A stretch of DNA of 64,000 bases, from positions 17,249 through 81,248 of the forward strand of contig CAYHBB010000014.1 of assembly GCA_964354795.1 (NCBI GenBank), in the 5' to 3' direction. This stretch comes from an uncultured Planctomycetales bacterium (GTDB lineage Bacteria > Omnitrophota > Gorgyraeia > Gygaellales > Profunditerraquicolaceae). Below, one piece after another: positions 18,985-28,803 of the stretch; within the stretch, counting starts at the first letter, position 1, and each line of letters starts with the position of its first letter. The notes below the pieces were generated by a model, which ran no database searches, had not been told where the DNA came from, and was given only the letters and a program-made list of their open reading frames with translations. The translations under genes were made by a program, and so were the position numbers.

Positions 18985-19797
18985 CTACGTGCCGATACTT
19001 ACCGGCCTTACTATTGCTTTAAGCGTCGCGATCGCGGATAACACCGCCAAATAACTGGTCTTGGGGTTATCCGGATGCAAAACATTTTCCGTGCGCGTAA
19101 AGACTCTTCCCGCGTCTGATACGATCTCTATCTCATGGATATTTCTTTTAACTGACGGCGACGCAATGATACGCACCTGCGTCTTAAGGCTACCTATCCC
19201 GGCCAGGCTCAAAACTGCCGCCACATTGATATTCTGGGGGAAATATTTCACCGCGTCCTTTGCCGGCCCCGAGAATAAAACCGTATCTTTGCGGATTTTT
19301 TCCGGCCGCAGGCCCTTAACTTTAAGATATTCCACGCCCTGAAAAGAAAGCGGATGCTTACGCGTAGTGATCATAACTTTACTAATCTTGCCTACCCCGG
19401 AAGCTTTTAAAGCATCCACCCCGGATATGGCACCGCTTGGAATATAAACTCTGGCATTATGCTTTGATGCCAGGCGCGAAAGTTCTCTGGCGTGATCAAG
19501 CACGCCACCGACGCTCATGATCATCACATCGCGCCCCTTCTCCAAAGCTTTCCTTGCCACCATCCAGGAACACTTTGCCGATGCCGCTTCAATGACTAGA
19601 TCCGACTTCCTGATCAGCGCGTCAAACCCGCAGGATATATTTTTAACCGTAGCCTCCGACAATTTACGCGCCTTGTTCTCGTCTATATCATAAAGAGCGC
19701 AAAGTGCCGCCTCAGACTTTAAATCCCTTGCCACTACTTTGGCAAGCGAGCAACCGATAGCGCCGCACCCTACAATCCCGATCTTCAATTTCTTCAT
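18985..19797 (-). CDS. nadX: L-aspartate dehydrogenase (NadX family)
   Basis: 270 aa. N-terminal Rossmann motif KIGIVGCGAIG, overall similarity to the Thermotoga-type aspartate dehydrogenase family, typical length. Confidence 0.7.
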   Translation of the reverse strand: MKKLKIGIVGCGAIGCSLAKVVARDLKSEAALCALYDIDENKARKLSEATVKNISCGFDALIRKSDLVIEAASAKCSWMVARKALEKGRDVMIMSVGGVLDHARELSRLASKHNARVYIPSGAISGVDALKASGVGKISKVMITTRKHPLSFQGVEYLKVKGLRPEKIRKDTVLFSGPAKDAVKYFPQNINVAAVLSLAGIGSLKTQVRIIASPSVKRNIHEIEIVSDAGRVFTRTENVLHPDNPKTSYLAVLSAIATLKAIVRPVSIGT

Positions 19798-20660
19798 CTG
19801 TTTTCTTTCCCCAAAGGAACCTTAACCACGACGTTATCGATAAGCCGAGTCCTACCGATACGCACGGCTAAGACGATCAGACACTCTCCACAAATCTTCT
19901 TAAGAGGATTAAGCGTTGAGACATCGACAATCGAGATATAATCGATCTTCGCCGACCGCTTCTTACGGATAAGCTGCTTCATGGCGCTTATCACTCTCTC
20001 CGCGTCTTTGAGCCCGTTTTTGATCAGATACTCGGCGAAACTTAATGCCCGCGATAAAATCAGCGCATCCTTGGTTTCATTTACGCTCAAATAAACATTA
20101 CGCGAGCTTAAAGCCAGGCCGCTTCCCTCGCGCGCCGTAGGCACTACCCTGATTTCAACCGGGATATTTAAATCTTGGATCATCTTCCTAATGATCACTG
20201 ACTGCTGGGCATCCTTTGCCCCAAAGTAAGCCGTATCCGGCTGCACGATGTTAAAAAGCTTAGCCACTATGGTTGCCACGCCCTTAAAATGCCCGGGACG
20301 GGATTTTCCGCACAGGCAATCGCTTAATTGCTCTACTGAAACATACGTACGGTAGCCTTCAGGATACATTTGAGCTGCGCTGGGATAAAATATGACGTCC
20401 ACCCCGCTATTCTTACATAGCCTTGCATCACGGCTAAATGTCCGCGGGTATTTGTGAAAATCCTCTTTCGGCCCAAACTGCGCTGGATTGACAAAGATAC
20501 TCACCGCCACCAGATGATTATCTCTACGCGCACGACGGATAAGGCTTAGATGGCCTTCATGTAAAGCTCCCATCGTCGGCACAAAACCTATGCGCCTTCC
20601 CCTGATCCGCGCCTTACGCGAATAATCAGACATCTGCTTTATACCGCGGATAATTATCAA
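19794..20660 (-). CDS. panC: Pantoate--beta-alanine ligase
   Basis: 288 aa. FVPTMGALHEGHLSLIRRAR, HxGH motif, class I aminoacyl-tRNA synthetase-like. Confidence 0.9.
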   Translation of the reverse strand: MIIIRGIKQMSDYSRKARIRGRRIGFVPTMGALHEGHLSLIRRARRDNHLVAVSIFVNPAQFGPKEDFHKYPRTFSRDARLCKNSGVDVIFYPSAAQMYPEGYRTYVSVEQLSDCLCGKSRPGHFKGVATIVAKLFNIVQPDTAYFGAKDAQQSVIIRKMIQDLNIPVEIRVVPTAREGSGLALSSRNVYLSVNETKDALILSRALSFAEYLIKNGLKDAERVISAMKQLIRKKRSAKIDYISIVDVSTLNPLKKICGECLIVLAVRIGRTRLIDNVVVKVPLGKENR

Positions 20661-21064
20661 AGAATCTCCCTCAAGGGCTTCAGAACAAATTGCCGTTCAA
20701 AAACTCTTGGGTGCGGAATGATCAGCTTCTTTGTATCGACCACTGAATCCCCAAAGAACAGAATATCCAGATCTATTGTGCGCGGCCCAAAACGGAGATG
20801 CTTCCTGGGCCGGCCAAGCTGAATTTCAATATCTTGCAGTTTCTTAAGAAGTGTGTGGGGAGTGAATCTGGTGTCGATTTTAAGGCAGGCATTGAGATAA
20901 TTCGGCTGCCCGCAGGGGCCGCCGACAGGTTTGGTTTCAATGATCTTCGATACCTTTAATACTTTAGTGTCCTTCAACTCTTCGATCTTTTTCAAGGCTG
21001 TCCTGATATTTAATTTCTTGTTGCCGAGATTCGAGCCTATTCCTAAATAACAAACCGCCATCAT
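20657..21064 (-). CDS. folK: 2-amino-4-hydroxy-6-hydroxymethyldihydropteridine diphosphokinase (HPPK)
   Basis: 135 aa. VCYLGIGSNLG start, RFGPRTIDLDILFFGD motif. Confidence 0.85.
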   Translation of the reverse strand: MMAVCYLGIGSNLGNKKLNIRTALKKIEELKDTKVLKVSKIIETKPVGGPCGQPNYLNACLKIDTRFTPHTLLKKLQDIEIQLGRPRKHLRFGPRTIDLDILFFGDSVVDTKKLIIPHPRVFERQFVLKPLREIL

Positions 21065-22221
21065 GCTACTTTCTTAAGCCTTTTAATCGCCTCATGTATC
21101 CGCTCTTTAGGCACGGTAAGCGCCATGCGGATATACCCTTCCCCGCTTTTTCCGAAACCGACTCCGGGAGTGGCGATAAGGTTTGCTTTCTCCAGTAGCG
21201 AAGCGCAGAACGCTATAGATGAGGCTTTATTAGGTATTTTAATCCAGGCATAAAATGTAGCTTTGGGGACTTGAGCCTTCCAGCCAAGCGAGCGCAATCC
21301 CGACATCAAGACATCCCTACGCTCCTGATACATTGCGCACATTGAGCTGATATGATCCTGCGGTCCCTCAAGGGAAGCCACAGCAGCCACCTGTATGGCT
21401 GAGAATATTCCGGAATCAACATTGCTCTTGACCTTGGCCAGGGCAGATACTGCCTGCTCGTTTCCGCAGGCCCAACCCACGCGCCAGCCGGTCATATTGT
21501 AAGTCTTAGACAGAGAATGAAACTCTATTGCTACATCCCTTGCTCCGTCAACCTCCAGTATACTCATCGGCTTATAGCCGTCATAGGCCATCTCGGAATA
21601 CGCAATATCGGAGATCACGATCAATTTATTCTTACGGGCAAATTCCACCACCTCTTCATAAAAATACTTCTCGGCTGTGGCTGAGGTGGGATTATTGGGA
21701 TAATTTATGTAGATGATCTTTGATTTTCTGCGCACGCTTAAGGGGATTCTTTTCAGATCCGGCAGAAATCCGTTTGACTCTAGTAAAGGCATAAGATAAG
21801 GCTTGCCTCCGGCCAGAATCGTGCCGCCCTTATACGGCGGGTAACAGGGATCGGGCACCAACGAATAATCACCTTCATTGATAAAAGCCAGGGGAAAATG
21901 GGCAATGCCTTCTTTGGAGCCGATCAGAGGAAGGATCTCCGAATCCGGATTAAGATCGACATCAAATCTCCTCTTATACCAACCTCCAATGGCGCGGCGC
22001 AATGCCGGCATCCCCTGATCAAGCGCGTAACGGTGATTCACCGGATCTTGTGCGGCCTGATACAACGCCTCAATAATATATCTAGGAGTAGGCTGATCCG
22101 GGTCTCCTATGCCTAAATCAATGATATCCCGACCCTCGGCGCGGGCTTTTCTTTTTGCCTTATCGATCTCTAAAAATAAATAAAGCGGTAAAGCGTTGAG
22201 CTTCTTTGAAAGTTTGAACAT
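21061..22221 (-). CDS. dapL: LL-diaminopimelate aminotransferase (DapL-type class I aminotransferase)
   Basis: 386 aa. LPLYLFLEIDKAK...IDLGIGDPDQPTP...PDPCYPPY...NGFLPDL...YPNNPT...SLSKTYNMTGWRVGW; motif-by-motif resemblance to AGD2/DapL. Sits inside a dap operon. Confidence 0.8.
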   Translation of the reverse strand: MFKLSKKLNALPLYLFLEIDKAKRKARAEGRDIIDLGIGDPDQPTPRYIIEALYQAAQDPVNHRYALDQGMPALRRAIGGWYKRRFDVDLNPDSEILPLIGSKEGIAHFPLAFINEGDYSLVPDPCYPPYKGGTILAGGKPYLMPLLESNGFLPDLKRIPLSVRRKSKIIYINYPNNPTSATAEKYFYEEVVEFARKNKLIVISDIAYSEMAYDGYKPMSILEVDGARDVAIEFHSLSKTYNMTGWRVGWACGNEQAVSALAKVKSNVDSGIFSAIQVAAVASLEGPQDHISSMCAMYQERRDVLMSGLRSLGWKAQVPKATFYAWIKIPNKASSIAFCASLLEKANLIATPGVGFGKSGEGYIRMALTVPKERIHEAIKRLKKVA

Positions 22222-22224
22222 TAT

Positions 22225-22335
22225 CTTTCTCCGTTATTTCAGCACAATTCTTTTAGGGACACCCTTGAAATCAAAGCTAAAGGTGTCCCCTTGTTAGGGA
22301 CACCTTTCCGATTGGATTAAAGGGTGTCCCTACTT
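22225..22335 (-). promoter_or_regulatory. Four copies of GGGACACC(Y) in alternating orientation between dapB and dapL, forming mutually exclusive hairpins
   Basis: Plus gggacaccc (22244), ggtgtcccc (22279), gggacacct (22294), gggtgtccc (22324). 1:2 and 3:4, or 2:3 and 1:4, pairings are possible. Confidence 0.35.
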
Positions 22336-23039
22336 AAAACGTCCTGCATCGAATAAAACCCTGCCGGTTTATTGAAAACCCATTTCGCGGCTTTCAGCGC
22401 GCCGACGGCAAATAAATCGCGGGAATGCGCCTGATGCTTGATCTCAATGCGCTCGGAATTACCGCAGAATATCACCGTATGGTCGCCTACAATGTCACCT
22501 AAGCGAATGGCATGTGTAGGTATCTCTTTGCCCGTCGCATTGGTTAGAACCTCTTTTAACTTCTTGGCTGTTCCAGAAGGCGCGTCTTTCTTGGCTTTAT
22601 GATGCGCCTCGACTATCTCAATATTGTAGTCGGGGCCGAGCTTCCTGGCTAATTCCGGTAAAATTAAAAACAGGGCATTCACGCCGATAGACATGTTGGG
22701 CGAAAAAACCACCGGCACAACACCGGAAACCTCTTCCACCTTCTTAAGCTGCGCATCAGTCAATCCGGTAGTGCCCAAAACCAGCGCTTTCCTATATTTA
22801 GCCACATAATCCAGGTGCTCTTCCACCGCCTCAGGAAGAGTAAAATCAATAAGCACATCCGTAAGAAACAATCCGTCCGGACTGGATGAGACTTTGATCC
22901 TGCCCATATCTTTTCCGATCAGGGGAGTGCCTTTCTTCTCAAGGGCAAGAGTGATGTCAAAATCCTTATCCTGCTGCGCCAGTTCAAATATACGCCTGCC
23001 CATCCTTCCGCAGGCTCCCGCTATACCTAGTTTAATCAT
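22317..23039 (-). CDS. dapB: 4-hydroxy-tetrahydrodipicolinate reductase. The ORF extends to 23102, but the likely start is MIKLGIAG at 23039.
   Basis: IKLGIAGACGRMGRRI Rossmann motif, HHKAKKDAPSGTA catalytic motif. Confidence 0.9.
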   Translation of the reverse strand: MIKLGIAGACGRMGRRIFELAQQDKDFDITLALEKKGTPLIGKDMGRIKVSSSPDGLFLTDVLIDFTLPEAVEEHLDYVAKYRKALVLGTTGLTDAQLKKVEEVSGVVPVVFSPNMSIGVNALFLILPELARKLGPDYNIEIVEAHHKAKKDAPSGTAKKLKEVLTNATGKEIPTHAIRLGDIVGDHTVIFCGNSERIEIKHQAHSRDLFAVGALKAAKWVFNKPAGFYSMQDVLSRDTL

Positions 23040-23111
23040 TTTCCCTCCGAAATCTTCAATAAGTATAGGTCGTGTGGATGGGGTATGTGTACTCACAACC
23101 AACCCTCACCC

Positions 23112-23987
23112 CTATATTAATCCGTAATCCTTAAGCTCTTTCTTCAGCTTCTCTAAATTATCCGGCGACATCGGACACATCGGCAAACGCAGATCCGGCT
23201 CGCACAGCCCCATCAACCCCATAGCGGTTTTTACGGGGATCGGGTTTGTCTCGATAAATATCGCCTTGATCAAAGGCAGCATTTTGTAATGCAGGCTTTG
23301 GGCCTTCTTAATGTCGCCTTTTTCAAAAGCCGCCACCATATCAGCCATATCTTTAGGAATGATGTTCGACACTACAGAGATGATCCCTGTCCCACCGATG
23401 CTTAATACCGGCAAAGTCAGGCTATCATCTCCGGAAATCAACTCAAAGCTATCCGGGCACAGCGTCTTCACCCGCGACATCTGATCCAGGCTTCCCGAAG
23501 CCTCTTTGACCGCCACTATATTTTTGCAGTCCTTAGCTAACTGGGCGATAGTCTCCGGCTCAATATTCACTCCGGTGCGCGAGGCGATATTGTATAGAAT
23601 GATCGGTATATCCACGGCATCCGCTATGGCCTTAAAATGCAAATATAGGCCTTTTTGCGTGGGGCGATTGTAATAAGGAGAGACCTGCAAAGAAGCATCT
23701 GCTCCGGCCTTGGCCGCGTGCTTTGTAAGCATGATCGCTTCCTCGGTGGAATTGGACCCTGTGCCAGCAATCACCGGCACTCTCTTTTTAACCTGTTCGA
23801 TAGCGATCTCGATCACGCAGTCATGCTCTTCAAAATTCAAGGTAGCGGATTCCCCGGTTGTGCCGCAGGGGACAATCCCGGATGTGCCGTGCTTGATCTG
23901 GAACTCGATCAGCTCCCTGAATTTCCTTTCATCAACCTGGCCGTTTTTAAAAGGCGTGACAATTGCGGTAATAGAACCTTTAAACAT
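23112..23987 (-). CDS. dapA: 4-hydroxy-tetrahydrodipicolinate synthase
   Basis: 291 aa. GSITAIVTPF...GTTGES...Schiff-base Lys region in a TIM barrel, DapA family. Confidence 0.9.
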   Translation of the reverse strand: MFKGSITAIVTPFKNGQVDERKFRELIEFQIKHGTSGIVPCGTTGESATLNFEEHDCVIEIAIEQVKKRVPVIAGTGSNSTEEAIMLTKHAAKAGADASLQVSPYYNRPTQKGLYLHFKAIADAVDIPIILYNIASRTGVNIEPETIAQLAKDCKNIVAVKEASGSLDQMSRVKTLCPDSFELISGDDSLTLPVLSIGGTGIISVVSNIIPKDMADMVAAFEKGDIKKAQSLHYKMLPLIKAIFIETNPIPVKTAMGLMGLCEPDLRLPMCPMSPDNLEKLKKELKDYGLI

Positions 23988-24010
23988 TATAAGCTCCTTT
24001 AATGAGCAGA

Positions 24011-24128
24011 TAATTTACGGAAGCTCCGAAGGAGCAACGTAAATTATAGGCCATGGATAAAATGACTAGGCCGTCTGCGAATTAACCCCGCAGCCTGCCC
24101 CAAAAATATCGAAGAGATTTTTGGGGGC
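24011..24128 (-). promoter_or_regulatory. Two strong hairpins in the dapF-dapA intercistronic space
   Basis: 24011-24046: taatttacg...cgtaaatta (9 bp) enclosing gctcc-gaa-ggagc. 24097-24128: gccccaaaaat-atcgaagag-atttttgggggc (11 bp, one bulge). Confidence 0.3.
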
Positions 24129-24130
24129 GC

Positions 24131-24931
24131 TTAGGCAAGGGGTCTATATTTCCCTTCATAAACTATACTTGCTTTCCCCTCCAGCCACACATCGCTGAAT
24201 TTATTGTCTGTTCTATTAAAATACACCTTCAATACCTCGCCGCTTCTGGTATGAACAAATACATATTTATTGATCCCCGCCCTCAAAGCAAAAACAAGCG
24301 CCGAAGCAGTGCTGCCAGTGCCACAGGCAAGCGTCTCAGCCTCTACCCCTCTTTCGTAAGTCCTTATCGCGATAGAGTCATTATCCAGCACTTCAATAAA
24401 ATTCACGTTCGTGCCTTTTGGGGAAAACTCCTTGTGATTCCGGATATGCCGGCCAAGACTATGCACATCGATATTCTCTAAGCCGTCTACAAAAATGACC
24501 GCGTGCGGCACGCCGGTATTAATAAAATTAACCCATAAAGACCTGCTGCCTACTTTGACCGGCAAATCTAATTTAAGGCTATGCGGATCGGTAAGTTTTA
24601 TTTTTACTGAATCTCTGCTGACTATTGCCTCAATAATCCCGGCCAAAGTTTCAAGGCGCACATTCTTCTTACCTGTATATAGCGCGGCGCACCGCGCGCC
24701 GTTTCCGCACATCTCTGCCTCTGACCCATCGGCATTGAATATACTCATACGTATGTCGGATTTCTGGGACTTCCCGATCACCAACAGACCATCTGCTCCG
24801 ACGCCGAACTTCCTATCGCACATACTCCTGGCAAGACTTTGATACCCTGACACCTTGACACTTTGACACCCATCTATTACTACAAAGTCATTGCCCGATG
24901 CCACCATTTTGGTAAAACGTAATTTTCTCAT
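24131..24931 (-). CDS. dapF: Diaminopimelate epimerase
   Basis: 266 aa. FTKMVASGNDFVVID...two catalytic Cys regions (NADGSEAEMCGNG; TLACGTGS). Confidence 0.9.
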   Translation of the reverse strand: MRKLRFTKMVASGNDFVVIDGCQSVKVSGYQSLARSMCDRKFGVGADGLLVIGKSQKSDIRMSIFNADGSEAEMCGNGARCAALYTGKKNVRLETLAGIIEAIVSRDSVKIKLTDPHSLKLDLPVKVGSRSLWVNFINTGVPHAVIFVDGLENIDVHSLGRHIRNHKEFSPKGTNVNFIEVLDNDSIAIRTYERGVEAETLACGTGSTASALVFALRAGINKYVFVHTRSGEVLKVYFNRTDNKFSDVWLEGKASIVYEGKYRPLA

Positions 24932-24932
24932 G

Positions 24933-26195
24933 CTAGAATCCGAATTTAAACACGGGGATCACCTCATTACGAATAAGGTCATCAAAAGTCTCTCGTTTCC
25001 TGATCACATAAACTCTATCTTTATCCACCATCACTTCCTGGGCACGTCTACGGGAATTATAGTTGCTGGACATGCTAAAACCATACGCCCCCGCGCTCAT
25101 CACCGCGATATATTCCCCCTCTTTAAGCTTAGGCAACTTTCTTTCTTTAGCGAAGAAATCACCACTCTCGCAAATGGGCCCTACCACATCCACTTTCTCT
25201 AATGGCCTGGCGCTTGCCTTAAGCGGCACAATATTATGATACGCCTCATATAGAGCCGGACGGATCAAATCATTCATCCCACCATCAACGATCACAAACC
25301 TCTTCTTCGGCGTCGATTTGATATACAATACTTTCGCAACCAGTATCCCGGCATTGCCCACAATGAACCTACCCGGCTCCATGATCACTTTAAGCCCGGT
25401 CTTCTTTAGCAAAGGAAGTACTTTCCCGGCATATTTCTCGGCAGTCTGAGGAGTCTCCTTGTTATAGATTATCCCCAAACCTCCGCCGATGTTCAAATAC
25501 TTGATGACCACACCGCTTTTATCTAAAAGTTTGATAAACACGACCATTTTTCTTATAGCCGCCACATAAGGGTCACTTTCGGTTATCTGCGAGCCAATAT
25601 GAATATGCAGTCCAGAGATCCTGACATAATCCAGAGCTTTACGCAAAAGCAGTATCTGGCGGGCGCTTTTTAAGTCAATACCGAATTTATTGGTCAGCTT
25701 ACCCGTGGTGATATATTTATGGGTCTTAGGTTCGACATCCGGATTGATACGGATAGCTACATTAGTGACTTTATTGAGCCTTTTAGCAATACGGTTGATG
25801 TTCTCCAACTCCGGGACGGATTCCACGTTAAAGAACAATATGCCCCTGCGTATCGCCTCTTCTATTTCTCCGTCAGTCTTGCCGACAGAAGCATAAACTA
25901 TTCTTTTTGCTGGGCACCCGACTTTGAGAGCCCGGAATAATTCACCACCCGATACGATATCCAGGCCAGCGCCCTTATCCACCAAAGCTTTCAGCAATGC
26001 CAGATTGGAATTGGCCTTGACTGAGTAGCAGATAAGCGGCCGTATCTTTCGAAATGCGTGCTTGAGCTTCAGGAAATGATCGATTAAAGTCCCGTAACTA
26101 TAAACATACAGCGGCGTACCGTATTTCTCCGCCAAAGCCTGAACACTTACCTGCTCGCAAAACAGCCGATCGCTTTTATACTTAAATTCATGCAT
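24933..26195 (-). CDS. lysA: Diaminopimelate decarboxylase
   Basis: 420 aa. PLP-dependent fold-III decarboxylase (YSVKAN, GGGLGI, EPGR motifs). Confidence 0.9.
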   Translation of the reverse strand: MHEFKYKSDRLFCEQVSVQALAEKYGTPLYVYSYGTLIDHFLKLKHAFRKIRPLICYSVKANSNLALLKALVDKGAGLDIVSGGELFRALKVGCPAKRIVYASVGKTDGEIEEAIRRGILFFNVESVPELENINRIAKRLNKVTNVAIRINPDVEPKTHKYITTGKLTNKFGIDLKSARQILLLRKALDYVRISGLHIHIGSQITESDPYVAAIRKMVVFIKLLDKSGVVIKYLNIGGGLGIIYNKETPQTAEKYAGKVLPLLKKTGLKVIMEPGRFIVGNAGILVAKVLYIKSTPKKRFVIVDGGMNDLIRPALYEAYHNIVPLKASARPLEKVDVVGPICESGDFFAKERKLPKLKEGEYIAVMSAGAYGFSMSSNYNSRRRAQEVMVDKDRVYVIRKRETFDDLIRNEVIPVFKFGF

Positions 26196-27567
26196 GCAGT
26201 TTCTTACTCCATTTAATAAGCTGTACCGCTACAAGTTTGGGATTTGTGCTGCCGTAAGATTTCTTTAAATTTAAAGATTCCCCAGCGCTCAATATCTTCT
26301 TAACATCGCTACCAAGCTCGGAAGAATATCTTTTTAGCTCCTGTGGGCTTAAGGCGGAGATCTTCTTGCCCTTGTCCAGACAACCCCGGACAAGCCTGCC
26401 GACAATATCATGGGCCCCCCTATAGGACACGCCCTTTTTGATCAGGTATTCTACAATATCCACCGAGAACATCGACTCATCCGTCAATTTCGCGGCAACC
26501 GCCTCTTTCTCGATAACGATATTCTCAAACAGCGCCTCAAATATCTCGAGGATATTCTTGGCTGTATCGATGGCGTTAAATACCGGCGGCTTATCCAGCT
26601 GCATATCCCGATTGTAAGACAACGGCAGGCCTTTCATCAGGATCAGCACACTTGAGAGTTCTCCATTTATCTTACCCACCGAGCCCCTGATCAATTCCAG
26701 GACGTCGGGATTTTTCTTATGCGGCATGATGCTTGAGCCGGTACAAAACGAAAAATCAATATCGATAAAAGAGAACTCCTTAGTCGACCAAAGTATCAGG
26801 TCCTCGGCCATCCTGGATAAGTGCACGGACAGTATCGCCAGGTCCGCCAGGATCTCGATGATATAATCCCTGTCGCTGACGCTGTCAATACTATTCTCTG
26901 TCACCTTAGAAAATCCCAATTGCTTAGCAACAAACGTCCGGTCAATAGGTAACCCTGTTCCGGAAAGGGCACATGCCCCCAGCGGCATAATATCTATCCT
27001 TTTAGCCGCGTCCTGTATCCTTTCCTTATCCCTCTCCAAAGCTTCCACATATGCCAGCAGATGGTGCGCCAGTAAAACGCACTGCGCAACCTGCAAATGC
27101 GTGTAGCTTGGGATGATCACCTTGGCGTTAGACTTGGCAAACCTAAGAATAGATTTCTGCAGCAAAGATATAAACTCAACTAATTCCTTAGCCTCTTCCT
27201 TTAAATACATCTTTATATCCAAAGCGATCTGGTCGTTCCTGGAGCGAGCAGTATGCAGCTTAAGTGCGGCTCTGCCAACTTTCTTAAGAAGCAGGTCCTG
27301 AATATTAGAATGAATATCCTCAGCAGTAGGATCAAACTTAAATTTACCGGTTGTCACATCTTTAAGGATAAATCTCAGCCCCCTGACAATTTTCGCCGCA
27401 TCAGCCGACGGAATGATCTTCTTTTTTCCCAGCATCGTGGCATGGGCTATGCTGCCTAAAACATCATACTTCGCCAGTCTTTGATCATAAGAAATGCTTG
27501 AGGTGAATTTATCCACCATCGCGTTAGTCTTTTTCGAAAACCTTGATCCCCACAATTTCTTTGCCAT
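26188..27567 (-). CDS. argH: Argininosuccinate lyase
   Basis: 459 aa. WGSRF..., GSSIMPHKKNPD fumarase/lyase signature. Confidence 0.95.
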   Translation of the reverse strand: MAKKLWGSRFSKKTNAMVDKFTSSISYDQRLAKYDVLGSIAHATMLGKKKIIPSADAAKIVRGLRFILKDVTTGKFKFDPTAEDIHSNIQDLLLKKVGRAALKLHTARSRNDQIALDIKMYLKEEAKELVEFISLLQKSILRFAKSNAKVIIPSYTHLQVAQCVLLAHHLLAYVEALERDKERIQDAAKRIDIMPLGACALSGTGLPIDRTFVAKQLGFSKVTENSIDSVSDRDYIIEILADLAILSVHLSRMAEDLILWSTKEFSFIDIDFSFCTGSSIMPHKKNPDVLELIRGSVGKINGELSSVLILMKGLPLSYNRDMQLDKPPVFNAIDTAKNILEIFEALFENIVIEKEAVAAKLTDESMFSVDIVEYLIKKGVSYRGAHDIVGRLVRGCLDKGKKISALSPQELKRYSSELGSDVKKILSAGESLNLKKSYGSTNPKLVAVQLIKWSKKLHA

Positions 27568-27621
27568 TATTTACTCCTTGCGCAGAAGCGCACACCGGCC
27601 TTTCCTATAAGGCCGGGTGCA

Positions 27622-28803
27622 CTATCTTTTATAAGGCATTCCCCAGATCCTAATAAACCCTTCCGCTAGCTTCTGGTTAAACTTATCTTCCTTACCGTAA
27701 GTGCTAAGCTCTTTTTTATACAGAGAATTCGCCGATTTCCTAGCCACAGCCACACAGCTCCCCTTGAATAATTTGAGCTTAACGCTCCCAGTGACATACT
27801 GCTGCGTAGAATTTACAAATCCATCCAGCGCTTTCTTGAGATCCGAATACCAGAGCCCGTTATAGATCAGGTCGGAATATTTTAAAGATACTATATCCTT
27901 AAAGTGCATGAGCTCTCTGTCCAGCACCACGCTCTCCAGCTCCTTATGCGCGTTGTAAATGATAGTCGCGCCTGGCGCTTCATATATTTCCCGGGATTTT
28001 ATCCCTACCAGCCTGTTCTCGACCAGATCCACCCTGCCCACGCCATGCTGGCCGCCGACTTTATTAAGATAGCTGATGAGGCTCTTTAGCTTCATAGGCT
28101 TGCCGTCGATTTTCTTAGGTATACCCTTCTCAAAATAAATCTCGATATACTTTGCGGTCCCAGGCTGCTTGGCCGGGCCATTAGTGATCATATACGCGTC
28201 TTCCGGCGGCTCCTGCTCGAGGTCTTCCAGAATTCCCGCCTCAATGCTGATGCCCCAAATATTCCTGTCAATACTGTAAGGCTTTTTCTTAGTCACATCA
28301 ATGGGGATCTTATGCCTCCTGGCGTACTCAATCTCTTCTTCCCTGGATTTAAATTCCCACTCCCTAACCGGAGCAAGGATATCAAGCTTAGAATCCAGGA
28401 TCCCTGCAGTAACTTCCAACCTTACCTGATCATTGCCTTTTCCTGTGCAGCCATGGGCCACAGCATCGGCTTTTTCCTTATGCGCGATTTGCACTAGGTA
28501 TTTAGCGATCAACGGCCTGCCCAGCGCGGTGGCTAATAAATACTTACCTTCATATATGGCGTTGGCCTTGATAGCCGGGACAATAAAATCCTCTACAAAC
28601 TCATCCTGCAGGTTCCTGATGTATACTTTAGAGGCGCCCGCAGCCAGGGCTCTGCGTTCAATTGCCGCCAGGTCCTCACCGCTTCCCAATCCCTGCCCAA
28701 GGTCAGCGCAAAAACAAATCACCTCATAGCCCCGCTCTCTAAGCCACTTCACGATGCAGGAAGTATCCAGCCCACCCGAATATGCTAAAACTACTTTTTT
28801 CAT
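27622..28803 (-). CDS. argG: Argininosuccinate synthase
   Basis: 393 aa. AYSGGLDTS PP-loop. Confidence 0.95.
   Translation of the reverse strand: MKKVVLAYSGGLDTSCIVKWLRERGYEVICFCADLGQGLGSGEDLAAIERRALAAGASKVYIRNLQDEFVEDFIVPAIKANAIYEGKYLLATALGRPLIAKYLVQIAHKEKADAVAHGCTGKGNDQVRLEVTAGILDSKLDILAPVREWEFKSREEEIEYARRHKIPIDVTKKKPYSIDRNIWGISIEAGILEDLEQEPPEDAYMITNGPAKQPGTAKYIEIYFEKGIPKKIDGKPMKLKSLISYLNKVGGQHGVGRVDLVENRLVGIKSREIYEAPGATIIYNAHKELESVVLDRELMHFKDIVSLKYSDLIYNGLWYSDLKKALDGFVNSTQQYVTGSVKLKLFKGSCVAVARKSANSLYKKELSTYGKEDKFNQKLAEGFIRIWGMPYKR

Noticed and set aside
18690-19022. Plus-strand 110-aa ORF with its own internal repeat, antisense to the small duplicated basic protein gene
   Set aside because: It is the mirror image of the minus-strand repeats. 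The minus-strand frame has a near-perfect SD, a Lys-rich basic composition and terminators. The plus-strand frame lacks an RBS and overlaps the nadX end.
22317-23102. 21-aa N-terminal extension of dapB in the ORF track (MVVSTHTPSTRPILIEDFGGK)
   Set aside because: The conserved DapB Rossmann start MIKLGIAG begins at the internal Met (23039). The extension overlaps the dapA end and is not DapB-like.
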